Shown: piece after piece, positions 57,037 to 64,000 of the stretch
Position numbering within the stretch: the stretch's first letter is position 1
Layout of the letters: each line of letters begins with the position of its first letter
Assembly: GCA_017991515.1 (NCBI GenBank)
Contig: JAGOQI010000001.1
Span: 41,641-105,640 of the forward strand
Direction of reading: 5' to 3'
DNA: 64,000 nucleotides
From: Minisyncoccota bacterium
GTDB taxonomy: Bacteria > Patescibacteriota > Minisyncoccia > Phycocordibacterales > UBA9973
The notes under the pieces: model-generated
What the model saw: the letters and a program-made list of their open reading frames with translations, nothing else
The model's database searches: none
Told to the model about the DNA's origin: nothing
Made by a program: the position numbers and the translations under genes

Positions 57037-57918
57037 TTAATTATGTTCACTCTTAATCTTACCGTTTAATGTTCGAAGTTCTTGAAGAGCCATATTTGCT
57101 TCTTCTTTATTTGGAGCTTTGCCATGCCATTCAAACTTGCGTTCGAATTCACGCACACCTTTTCCGGGAATAGTGCGAGCAATGATCACCGACGGTTTTT
57201 CAAAGACAGCTTTTGACTTGTGAACTGCATCTATTATTTCCTCTATATTGTGCCCATCTATTTCCTGAACATGCCAGTTAAATGCTTCCCACTTTGCAAT
57301 GAGAGAGTCTAGTGGCATCACATCTTCAGTGTAGCCATCTATTTGAATATTGTTTCTATCTACTATCGCTATCAAGTTACGAAGTTTTTCTTTACCAGCG
57401 AGCATCATAGCCTCCCAGTTATTTCCCTCGTTAAGCTCTCCATCTCCTAGTAAACAATAAAAATACTTATCACTTGTGACTCCATGATCCATCCGCTCTG
57501 CCAGAGCCATGCCTACTGCTTGAGAAAGACCTGAACCAAGAGGTCCTGAAGAGTTTTCAAGCATTGGCAACCATTCTCTATGAGGATGCCCTTGGAGTCG
57601 TGAACCAAACTTGCGAAGCGTCTGTAGTTCTTCTACTGGGAAATATCCTGCATGTGCCATGGTCGCGTATAAAACAGGATTTATATGTCCATTTGAAAGT
57701 ACTAGGCGATCTCTATCTTCCCAATCGGGTTTCTTGGGATTGTGACGAAGTAAATCAAAATAAAGTGCAGTAAAAACATCAGCCATACCGAGGGGTCCAG
57801 CGGTGTGACCTGAACCAGCAGATAAAAGCATTGAAATAATACTTTCTCTTATTTCATTTGCCTTAAGTGCCAGCTCTCTAGTTGTATACGTGCCAATATT
57901 TTTCATTAAATTTTTCAT
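57037..57918 (-). CDS. Transketolase, N-terminal subunit (TPP-binding)
   Basis: …RHNPKKPDWEDRDRLVLSNGH… and GDGELNEG TPP motif. Confidence 0.8.
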   Translation of the reverse strand: MKNLMKNIGTYTTRELALKANEIRESIISMLLSAGSGHTAGPLGMADVFTALYFDLLRHNPKKPDWEDRDRLVLSNGHINPVLYATMAHAGYFPVEELQTLRKFGSRLQGHPHREWLPMLENSSGPLGSGLSQAVGMALAERMDHGVTSDKYFYCLLGDGELNEGNNWEAMMLAGKEKLRNLIAIVDRNNIQIDGYTEDVMPLDSLIAKWEAFNWHVQEIDGHNIEEIIDAVHKSKAVFEKPSVIIARTIPGKGVREFERKFEWHGKAPNKEEANMALQELRTLNGKIKSEHN

Positions 57919-57923
57919 TTAAA

Positions 57924-58622
57924 TTAAGAGTGTGCAGTATCTTGTAACATCTCTATTGTACCGTGTGGATCGACACTTTCAAATATAGCAGAGCCAACAA
58001 CAAGTCTGGTAGCTCCTGCTTCAACAAGAGCTGGTATATTTTCTTTATTTACTCCCCCATCAACACTCACTCTGATAGACTCTCCATAAAGTTCATAAAC
58101 CTTTTTTACCAAAGGAATAACTTTGTCAGAAAAAGGCTCTCCTTGAACACCAATATGCTCTATACCCATACACTGTACTCGTCGCAAATAAGGTATCAGT
58201 GGAGCTATCTCTGCGGGATCATCATCGTGACAAAGCGCAATACCAAAAGAAATAGTTTGTCTAACAGCTTCAGGTAAAGATTCAAAATATTCTACTAAAG
58301 CATCGACTGAAATAGTTTTCTTATGGAAAATTATTTTTGATGGACCAAGCGCAATGAATGTGTCCATCAGAGACAATGGATCTGAAACCATCAAATCAAA
58401 TTCATAATTTACACTTTGCCAAAACGGCATCCCCTCCTCTTCTTTTACAATAGCGTCTTTTGCAAATACATCTTTGCCATTGAACCACCAAGTTTTACTC
58501 TCTACATATTTACCATCACAAAAATCCACCTGTATAGTCGGCGCTATAGACCGTACTACTCCTACAGAGTCTTCTAGTTGTTTATATGTTTGTGGCAATA
58601 CTGCTGGAATTATTTCTATCAT
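57924..58622 (-). CDS. rpe: Ribulose-phosphate 3-epimerase
   Basis: …VDFCDGKYV… and C-terminal VDGGVN…AGATRLVVGSAIF TIM-barrel phosphate-binding motifs. Confidence 0.7.
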   Translation of the reverse strand: MIEIIPAVLPQTYKQLEDSVGVVRSIAPTIQVDFCDGKYVESKTWWFNGKDVFAKDAIVKEEEGMPFWQSVNYEFDLMVSDPLSLMDTFIALGPSKIIFHKKTISVDALVEYFESLPEAVRQTISFGIALCHDDDPAEIAPLIPYLRRVQCMGIEHIGVQGEPFSDKVIPLVKKVYELYGESIRVSVDGGVNKENIPALVEAGATRLVVGSAIFESVDPHGTIEMLQDTAHS

Positions 58623-58623
58623 C

Positions 58624-59058
58624 TTAAAACTTAGCTAATCTTCTGATATGACGCTCTTCGCCTGAGAAAGGGGTATTTAACCACAAAGTAACTGCTTCAT
58701 AGGATTCTTCTGCTGTTACAAATCTAGCACCGATGGACAAAATATTTGCGTCGTTGTGCTCTCTTGAAAATTTCAAGATATCTTTATTTCCACCATAATA
58801 AACAACAGCCCGAACTCCAGAAATACGGTTGGCACACATAGCTTCACCTTCTCCTGACCCACCGAATATAACGGCCTTATCTCCTTCCGAAATAGATATC
58901 GCTTTAGCGCATGGAGTTATAAAATCTGGGTAGTCATCATTCTCATCGAGTTTCTCTGGACCATGATCAAATATTTCATATCCATGAGCCAACAAATAAC
59001 CTTTCAAAGATTCTTTGTGTTCAAAACCAGCATGATCTGTAGCTAAATGTATTTTCAT
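58624..59058 (-). CDS. rpiB: Ribose-5-phosphate isomerase B
   Basis: MKIHLATDHAGFEHKESLKGYL… RpiB/LacAB fold. Confidence 0.85.
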   Translation of the reverse strand: MKIHLATDHAGFEHKESLKGYLLAHGYEIFDHGPEKLDENDDYPDFITPCAKAISISEGDKAVIFGGSGEGEAMCANRISGVRAVVYYGGNKDILKFSREHNDANILSIGARFVTAEESYEAVTLWLNTPFSGEERHIRRLAKF

Positions 59059-59063
59059 ATTAA

Positions 59064-59705
59064 TTAAGGTGTATAAAATGATAACTTCTTAAGTGGTACT
59101 ACTACAGAAACCTCTACTACTTCATTGGCAAATGTCTGATCAATACCGAACTCTTTCATATCAATGTTGAACTTTGCTGTATAAGATCTTGTAGCACTTG
59201 AGAAAGATATAGGGAAAGACACTTTCTTTGTTACTCCGTGAATAGTAAATGTCCCCGTAGCATTAGCGCCTTGAGCATCTAAACCAGTAACACTTTCGAG
59301 TGTGAACTTTGCTGTTGGATATTTTACTACATCAAAGAATGCATCTGTCTTGAGGTGTTTTGTTACATCATCAACGTTTGCCTTAAGACTATCCATACCA
59401 ACAATTATGGTACCTGTTAGGTTGTCCGATGCATCATAAGAAAGGTTTGACCTAACATCAGAAAAATCTCCTGTATGCTCCTTTCCTGGACCAAAACCTT
59501 TGAAAGAAATAGTTACTTTTTCATTATCTATTTCTTGGCCGGCCGGCATAGTTTTTGTTATATCTCCTTGAAAATTTACATTTTCATTTTCTGGAACATC
59601 ACTTACTGTTGCAGTTGGAAGACTTGCATCTGGTTTTGTTTGAATAGTTTTCCAAATAAAGTATCCTGCTACTAAAACGATGATTGTGATTAAAATTGCT
59701 TTCAT
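59064..59705 (-). CDS. Secreted YceI-like family protein
   Basis: Signal/TM N-term and YceI-like beta-barrel region (…GTFTIHGVTKKVSFPISF…). Confidence 0.6.
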   Translation of the reverse strand: MKAILITIIVLVAGYFIWKTIQTKPDASLPTATVSDVPENENVNFQGDITKTMPAGQEIDNEKVTISFKGFGPGKEHTGDFSDVRSNLSYDASDNLTGTIIVGMDSLKANVDDVTKHLKTDAFFDVVKYPTAKFTLESVTGLDAQGANATGTFTIHGVTKKVSFPISFSSATRSYTAKFNIDMKEFGIDQTFANEVVEVSVVVPLKKLSFYTP

Positions 59706-59722
59706 AATATTCTTACTCTAGA

Positions 59723-60745
59723 TTATTTAATAGTATTGGCTGTCTTTATAACATGGTCAACTAGTGTATATGTATACCCCATTTCATTATCATACCACCC
59801 CATAACTTTCACCAAGTTTCCTCCCACCACCCGAGTCATTTCAAGGTCGGCAATAGAAGCGTGACTGTTGCCAAGTATATCGCTTGAAACAAGATGATCC
59901 TCGGTAACATCAAAAAGATTTTTCCATTTTGGATCTTGTGAAGCTTTTTTCAAAACCGCATTTACTTCTTCGGCTGTGGTATCTTTTTTAGAGATAAATG
60001 TCACATCCACAATAGACCCGGCTGGTACCGGTACTCTGATAGATATGCCATCAAAGAGACCTTCAAGTTCTGGAAAGGCCTTTGTTACCGCAATAGCAGC
60101 ACCGGTTGAAGATGGCACTATATTTTGTGCAGCCGCTCTCCCCTCTCTCAAATCCTTTTTACTTGGACCGTCCACGAGAGATTGCGAAGCAGTATATCCG
60201 TGAACAGTATTTAAAATAGCTTTTTCAATACCGAAAGCTTCGTGAAGTATCGCAATCAAAGGACTTGAGGCATTTGTAGTACAAGAAGCATTACTTGTTA
60301 TGTCGCAAGTACCGAACTTCTCTTCATTAACACCGAGAAGAATAGTTTCCCCTGGGAAAGATCCGTCTCCTTTACTAGGAGCTGAAATAACCACCTTTTT
60401 TGCTCCTTGGTCTAGGTGGAACTTTGCTTTTTCAAAGGCAGTAAATAATCCTGTAGACTCTACAACTACATCTATGTCCAAATCTTTCCAAGGAAGTTTT
60501 GTAGTATCTTTTTCTGAAATAAATTTCACTTGCTTACCATCTATAACAAGGTCGCTTCCAGAAACTTCTACTTTGTGTCCCCAAGACCGATAGACAGTAT
60601 CGTGTCGGAGCAAATAAGAAAGACTTTCTATAGAGCCAAGATCATTGACCGCCACTATTTCTATCTCTGGTCTCTCCCATGCTATTTTCAAAAATGCTCG
60701 ACCGATACGCCCAAAACCGTTTATTGCTACTTTTATCTTTTTCAT
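59723..60745 (-). CDS. gap: Glyceraldehyde-3-phosphate dehydrogenase
   Basis: NGFGRIGR Rossmann motif and catalytic SCTTN. Confidence 0.9.
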   Translation of the reverse strand: MKKIKVAINGFGRIGRAFLKIAWERPEIEIVAVNDLGSIESLSYLLRHDTVYRSWGHKVEVSGSDLVIDGKQVKFISEKDTTKLPWKDLDIDVVVESTGLFTAFEKAKFHLDQGAKKVVISAPSKGDGSFPGETILLGVNEEKFGTCDITSNASCTTNASSPLIAILHEAFGIEKAILNTVHGYTASQSLVDGPSKKDLREGRAAAQNIVPSSTGAAIAVTKAFPELEGLFDGISIRVPVPAGSIVDVTFISKKDTTAEEVNAVLKKASQDPKWKNLFDVTEDHLVSSDILGNSHASIADLEMTRVVGGNLVKVMGWYDNEMGYTYTLVDHVIKTANTIK

Positions 60746-60803
60746 ATACTTAGTATACCAAACAAAAAAGCCCTTTAATATGGCTTTTTTATCAATATAT
60801 TGT

Positions 60804-62219
60804 CTAGCTAGATAATTCCTCTTTAAAGAGCTTCAAAGCTACTTGAGGATTTGCGCTACCTTTTGTCTCTTTCATCATTACTCCAACAAGAGCTTGGAGG
60901 ATAGACTCTTTGCCTCCTTTGTATTGTTCTACCAGAGAAGTTTGTTCAGAAATAATTTTCTTTACTATTTCACGAAGTGACTCTTCATCGTTTTGTTGAA
61001 GTAGTCCCTCTTTTTCAGCTAGAGCTCTTGGGTTACTATCTTCTTTCATCATCATAGAGAGTATATCTTTTGCTCCACGAGAAGTAAGTTCGGCATTTGC
61101 TACCATATTTATAAGAGCAGAAAAATTATCCGGTGACGGCATTTTTGCCTCGCTATCCTTTTTAAGAATTCCAAGCATATCTGAAACTATATAGTTTGAA
61201 GCAGTTTTTATTTGTTCTTTTGAAGCAAGAGCGCGGACTACTGTTTCAAAATATTTGGACAAAGATTCGTCTTGAACAAATATTTCTGACTCTTCGCCAA
61301 GACCAAAGTCTTTCTCATACCTTTGTCTCTTTTGCCAAGGTAGCTCAGGTAAAGAAGATTGCAATACTCCAATGTCAAACAGCTCATTTAACATAAACTT
61401 TGGAATATCCGGATCTGGAAAATACCGATAGTCATTTGCGTTTTCTTTTGAGCGCTGTGAAAAAGTAGTTTGTTTAGATTCATCCCACCCACGAGTCTCT
61501 TGTACTATTTCGTCTTCTCTTCCCGCTTCATACAATGCTTGCATTCGAGCAAGTTCATATGCTATAGCTTTTTCAACACTTTTAAATGAGTTTAAATTTT
61601 TGATCTCAACTTTAGTACCAAAGTTATTTGGATCATCTGAAATAGAGATATTTGGCTCAACCCGCATTTCCCCTTTTTCCATATTTGCTTCTGACACTCC
61701 GAGAGTTCGTAATAGTAGTTGAAGTTCACGAGCAAAATCAGCCGCCTCTTTGGCACTGTGAATAACAGGTTCTGTCACCATTTCCATCAGAGGAACACCA
61801 GCACGATTAAAATCAACGAGAGTAAAATCTCCTCTATCGTGTTTTGAAAGACCTGTATCTTCTTCTAAGTGAATACGAGTAATATCAAAACTGTTAAGAG
61901 TACCTTTTGTAACTATTGGATATTTGTACTGAGAGATTTGATAACCTTTTGGGATATCAGGGTAAAAATAATTCTTCCGATCAAACTCTGTAAAGTTCGC
62001 AATATCTGACCCTAAAGCTAGTCCAACTTTGATAACATTTTCAATAGCCTTTTTGTTGGGTACTGGCAGAGTTCCTGGGTGCCCCATACATATAGGACAG
62101 ATATTTGTGTTCTGTTTTGTCTCATCAGGGTCATTTTTGCACCCACAAAACATCTTGCTGGCAGTAGAAAGCTCAGCATGTATCTCAAGTCCGATAACAG
62201 GATAATAAGTCTTTGACAT
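60804..62219 (-). CDS. gatB: Asp-tRNA(Asn)/Glu-tRNA(Gln) amidotransferase subunit B
   Basis: …YYPVIGLEIHAEL…CGCKND…CPICMGHPG…; internal start (MSKTYY…) preferred over ORF-track 62297. Confidence 0.85.
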   Translation of the reverse strand: MSKTYYPVIGLEIHAELSTASKMFCGCKNDPDETKQNTNICPICMGHPGTLPVPNKKAIENVIKVGLALGSDIANFTEFDRKNYFYPDIPKGYQISQYKYPIVTKGTLNSFDITRIHLEEDTGLSKHDRGDFTLVDFNRAGVPLMEMVTEPVIHSAKEAADFARELQLLLRTLGVSEANMEKGEMRVEPNISISDDPNNFGTKVEIKNLNSFKSVEKAIAYELARMQALYEAGREDEIVQETRGWDESKQTTFSQRSKENANDYRYFPDPDIPKFMLNELFDIGVLQSSLPELPWQKRQRYEKDFGLGEESEIFVQDESLSKYFETVVRALASKEQIKTASNYIVSDMLGILKKDSEAKMPSPDNFSALINMVANAELTSRGAKDILSMMMKEDSNPRALAEKEGLLQQNDEESLREIVKKIISEQTSLVEQYKGGKESILQALVGVMMKETKGSANPQVALKLFKEELSS

Positions 62220-62601
62220 GGAAGAAGTATACATTACATGCTGATTTGAACAAAAATAGCCTAGTCTCCCCACTAAATCGGCGAGGATGATTGACAAAAA
62301 ATCTCAAAGTTGTAGACTATATACAAACTTATTGATAACCCAAAATCCATTTATTATGAGCTCTAAAAAAGCTAATTGTTCCTCTGCGGCGCAAAAAGAA
62401 GGATTACGCCTTAATGGTGCAAATCATCCAAAAGCCCAACCTCTTGATTACAGGTCTAATAGTGATCAAGGTGTTTTCTTACCATTAGAAAAGAGATCTC
62501 CTCTCTTTAGAACAGATGGTAGAGTAAACAAAACACCTGGCTTAGATCATTACGATCACAGGTAAAACCAGCTTGCTAAACAAAGTAATTAATGAAAGAT
62601 T

Positions 62602-62627
62602 GCCCTGAATGTTGTTCAGGGCTTTTT
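62602..62627. terminator. Terminator hairpin (GCCCTGAA-tgttg-TTCAGGGC + T5) just downstream of obg on minus strand and of a plus-strand promoter/ORF
   Basis: 8-bp perfect stem; T-run on plus strand, A/T-rich flank on minus. Confidence 0.55.
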
Positions 62628-63602
62628 CTATTCCTTATTTTTCAAAAAGTGTATTAAGTCGTCAGAAAAATCTTTGACTTCTTTGTCATCAAATAGTGTT
62701 ATATCAAAAACTTTCTTTCCTAAAGCTCCAAAATCTTTTTTAACCTTTTCTATATTTTCAGTATTTGTCATATCTGTTTTCGTCAGAAGTATTATCTCTT
62801 CTTTTTCTGAAAGACCTTGTCCGAAAGTTTCAAGCTCCCCTCTTATTATCTTGTAAGCATTCATCATGTCTTCTTGTTCAAAAGAAACAAGGTGCAAGAT
62901 TATTTTTGTCTTTGTGATATGGCGAAGAAATGTAGAGCCGAGACCTTTACCTCCGCTTGCTCCCTCAATAAGCCCTGGAATATCAGCAATAATAAAGCCA
63001 AACAAATCCCCCAAATTTGGATCAATGGTAGTGAAAGGATAAGCTCCTACTTTTGCTTGAGCATTTGTCAGAGCATTTAAAAGACTACTCTTGCCTGCAT
63101 TTGGAAAACCGACAAGCCCAACATCAGCGATCAGAGATACCTCTATGTGTAGTTCTGCAAAACCTCCTTCTTTACCAGGAGTCGCTTCTTTAGGAGCTTG
63201 GTTTGTAGAGCTTTTGAAATGTTCGTTACCATGACCACCTTGTCCACCTCGAAGGATTCTTATTTCTTGTCCTTCTTTTGTCAGTTCGTAAATCTCACCT
63301 GATGTTTTATTTGTTATCTTTGAACCTATTGGAAACTCTATATATAAGTCTTCACCATTTGCACCTTTAAAAGACCTCTTACCTCCCGGTATACCGTCTT
63401 CTGCAAAAAATTCTTTCTTGGCTCTATACTGATCAAGTACTCGAAGCGAGCGAATAGCCTTGATGAAAACATCTCCACCTTGACCACCATCTCCACCATT
63501 TGGACCACCTTTTGCGATAAATTTCTCGCGCCTCCAAGAAACGATACCATTACCGCCTTTCCCTGCCTGAGCTGTTATTGTAATTTCATCTAAAAATGCC
63601 AT
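62628..63602 (-). CDS. obg: GTPase Obg/CgtA
   Basis: Gly-rich Obg fold (GGNGIVSWRREKF…GGDGGQGGDV) then G domain GLVGFPNAGKSSLLNA. Confidence 0.9.
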   Translation of the reverse strand: MAFLDEITITAQAGKGGNGIVSWRREKFIAKGGPNGGDGGQGGDVFIKAIRSLRVLDQYRAKKEFFAEDGIPGGKRSFKGANGEDLYIEFPIGSKITNKTSGEIYELTKEGQEIRILRGGQGGHGNEHFKSSTNQAPKEATPGKEGGFAELHIEVSLIADVGLVGFPNAGKSSLLNALTNAQAKVGAYPFTTIDPNLGDLFGFIIADIPGLIEGASGGKGLGSTFLRHITKTKIILHLVSFEQEDMMNAYKIIRGELETFGQGLSEKEEIILLTKTDMTNTENIEKVKKDFGALGKKVFDITLFDDKEVKDFSDDLIHFLKNKE

Positions 63603-63607
63603 AAGTT

Positions 63608-64000
63608 CTAATACTCTACAGCAAGTCGCGCTAATTCCAAAGCACCTTCTTTAGAAGCTGCTGCTGCTAAAAATAAAGCTTTGTGGCAAAATACTGCATC
63701 ATGAACACCTGTTAACTTCTGAAGTGCTTCATCTCGAAGACCTGACCATTCTTTTGGTAAGTCTTTTCTATTATCAAAACTTTTATCTTTTGCGCGAACA
63801 CACTTTAATCCCCACCTGCCATCTTGTCTTAACTTTACAATATATAGTGGCTCACTGTATTTCTGTAGAACATCGTCAGCAGGATATGGTCCGTCTAAAA
63901 CAATAATTCTTTTATCTTCAGTATTTTTATATACATCCTCTACTATACTTTGTGCTTTCAGAAAATCATTAGCTAATACGATTTCTCTTAAAATAATATC
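63608..64000 (-). CDS. Hypothetical protein, 3' portion only (gene continues beyond window end)
   Basis: Minus-strand frame reads …DGRWGLKCVRAKDKSFDNRKDLPKEWSGLRDEALQKLTGVHDAVFCHKALFLAAAASKEGALELARLAVEY* ending at TAG (rc of 63608-63610); family not recognised. Confidence 0.35.
   Translation of the reverse strand, partial: DIILREIVLANDFLKAQSIVEDVYKNTEDKRIIVLDGPYPADDVLQKYSEPLYIVKLRQDGRWGLKCVRAKDKSFDNRKDLPKEWSGLRDEALQKLTGVHDAVFCHKALFLAAAASKEGALELARLAVEY

Noticed and set aside
62287-62565. 92-aa plus-strand ORF as a confident protein-coding gene
   Set aside because: Low-complexity Ser/Asn/Pro-rich translation with no recognisable domain; kept only as a possible sRNA/small-protein finding, not as a feature
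1-64000. Alternative genetic code (UGA=Gly, table 25) as in some CPR lineages
   Set aside because: Long uninterrupted ORFs under the standard code, with TGA used as the terminator of well-supported genes (e.g. holB-like at 1212-1214, small ORF at 33816-33818)
1-64000. CRISPR arrays, rRNA genes, transposases/integrases
   Set aside because: No direct-repeat/spacer periodicity, no rRNA-like conserved stretches and no transposase or recombinase-like ORFs were seen. The only dispersed repeat is the 23-bp palindrome reported above.

Overview
This 64 kb window is AT-rich, densely packed and almost entirely protein-coding. It reads like a reduced-genome bacterium, plausibly Patescibacteria/CPR-like, though that placement is inference only. 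Supporting signs are many shortened core proteins (AlaRS without a C-Ala domain, a 313-aa RF1, split transketolase), abutting or overlapping genes, and TGA used as a stop codon (e.g. holB-like ends TGA at 1212..1214), so translation table 11.

The core content breaks down as follows:

- **Start of window:** mreB (5'-partial), a DNA pol III delta'-like gene, frr, rseP, mltG, a DnaQ-like exonuclease, mnmA, alaS.
- **Ribosomal/RNAP block:** infA-rpmJ-rpsM-rpsK-rpsD-rpoA-rplQ, then rplM-rpsI.
- **Chaperones:** grpE, dnaK and dnaJ are present but physically separated by two inserted modules.
- **Other housekeeping:** lysS, two NUDIX hydrolases, GNAT acetyltransferases, a lexA operon, rpmA, rplI, ctpA (S41), rsmI, tRNA-Ile(GAU) on the minus strand, prfA, rpmE and rplY.
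- **Sugar-phosphate block (minus strand):** FAD-linked oxidase, fba, pfkB-family kinase, split tkt, rpe, rpiB, YceI, gap, gatB and obg.

The accessory or unusual content:

- **Small-protein island at 1.2-3.6 kb.** It contains two divergent gene pairs, each organised around an almost identical ~32-bp bidirectional promoter block centred on the perfect palindrome TTGACTTTGTCAA.
- **Defense-type insertion between grpE and dnaK.** An AIPR-family gene plus a PaaX-like winged-helix regulator, the latter divergent from dnaK.
- **Archaeal-flavoured alpha-glucan module between dnaK and dnaJ.** GT35 phosphorylase, GH57, glgA and a cupin-type PGI.
- **SOS-box-controlled operon.** A GAAC-N4-GTTC box overlaps a TTGCAT-N17-TATAAT promoter upstream of two paralogous 63-aa proteins followed by lexA.
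- **Palindromic repeat.** The ~23-bp element CTAGCAAGAACGGTTCTTGCTAG occurs three times next to accessory genes.

No rRNA, CRISPR array or obvious transposase was seen. All calls come from reading the supplied translations and sequence by eye. No database search was run.
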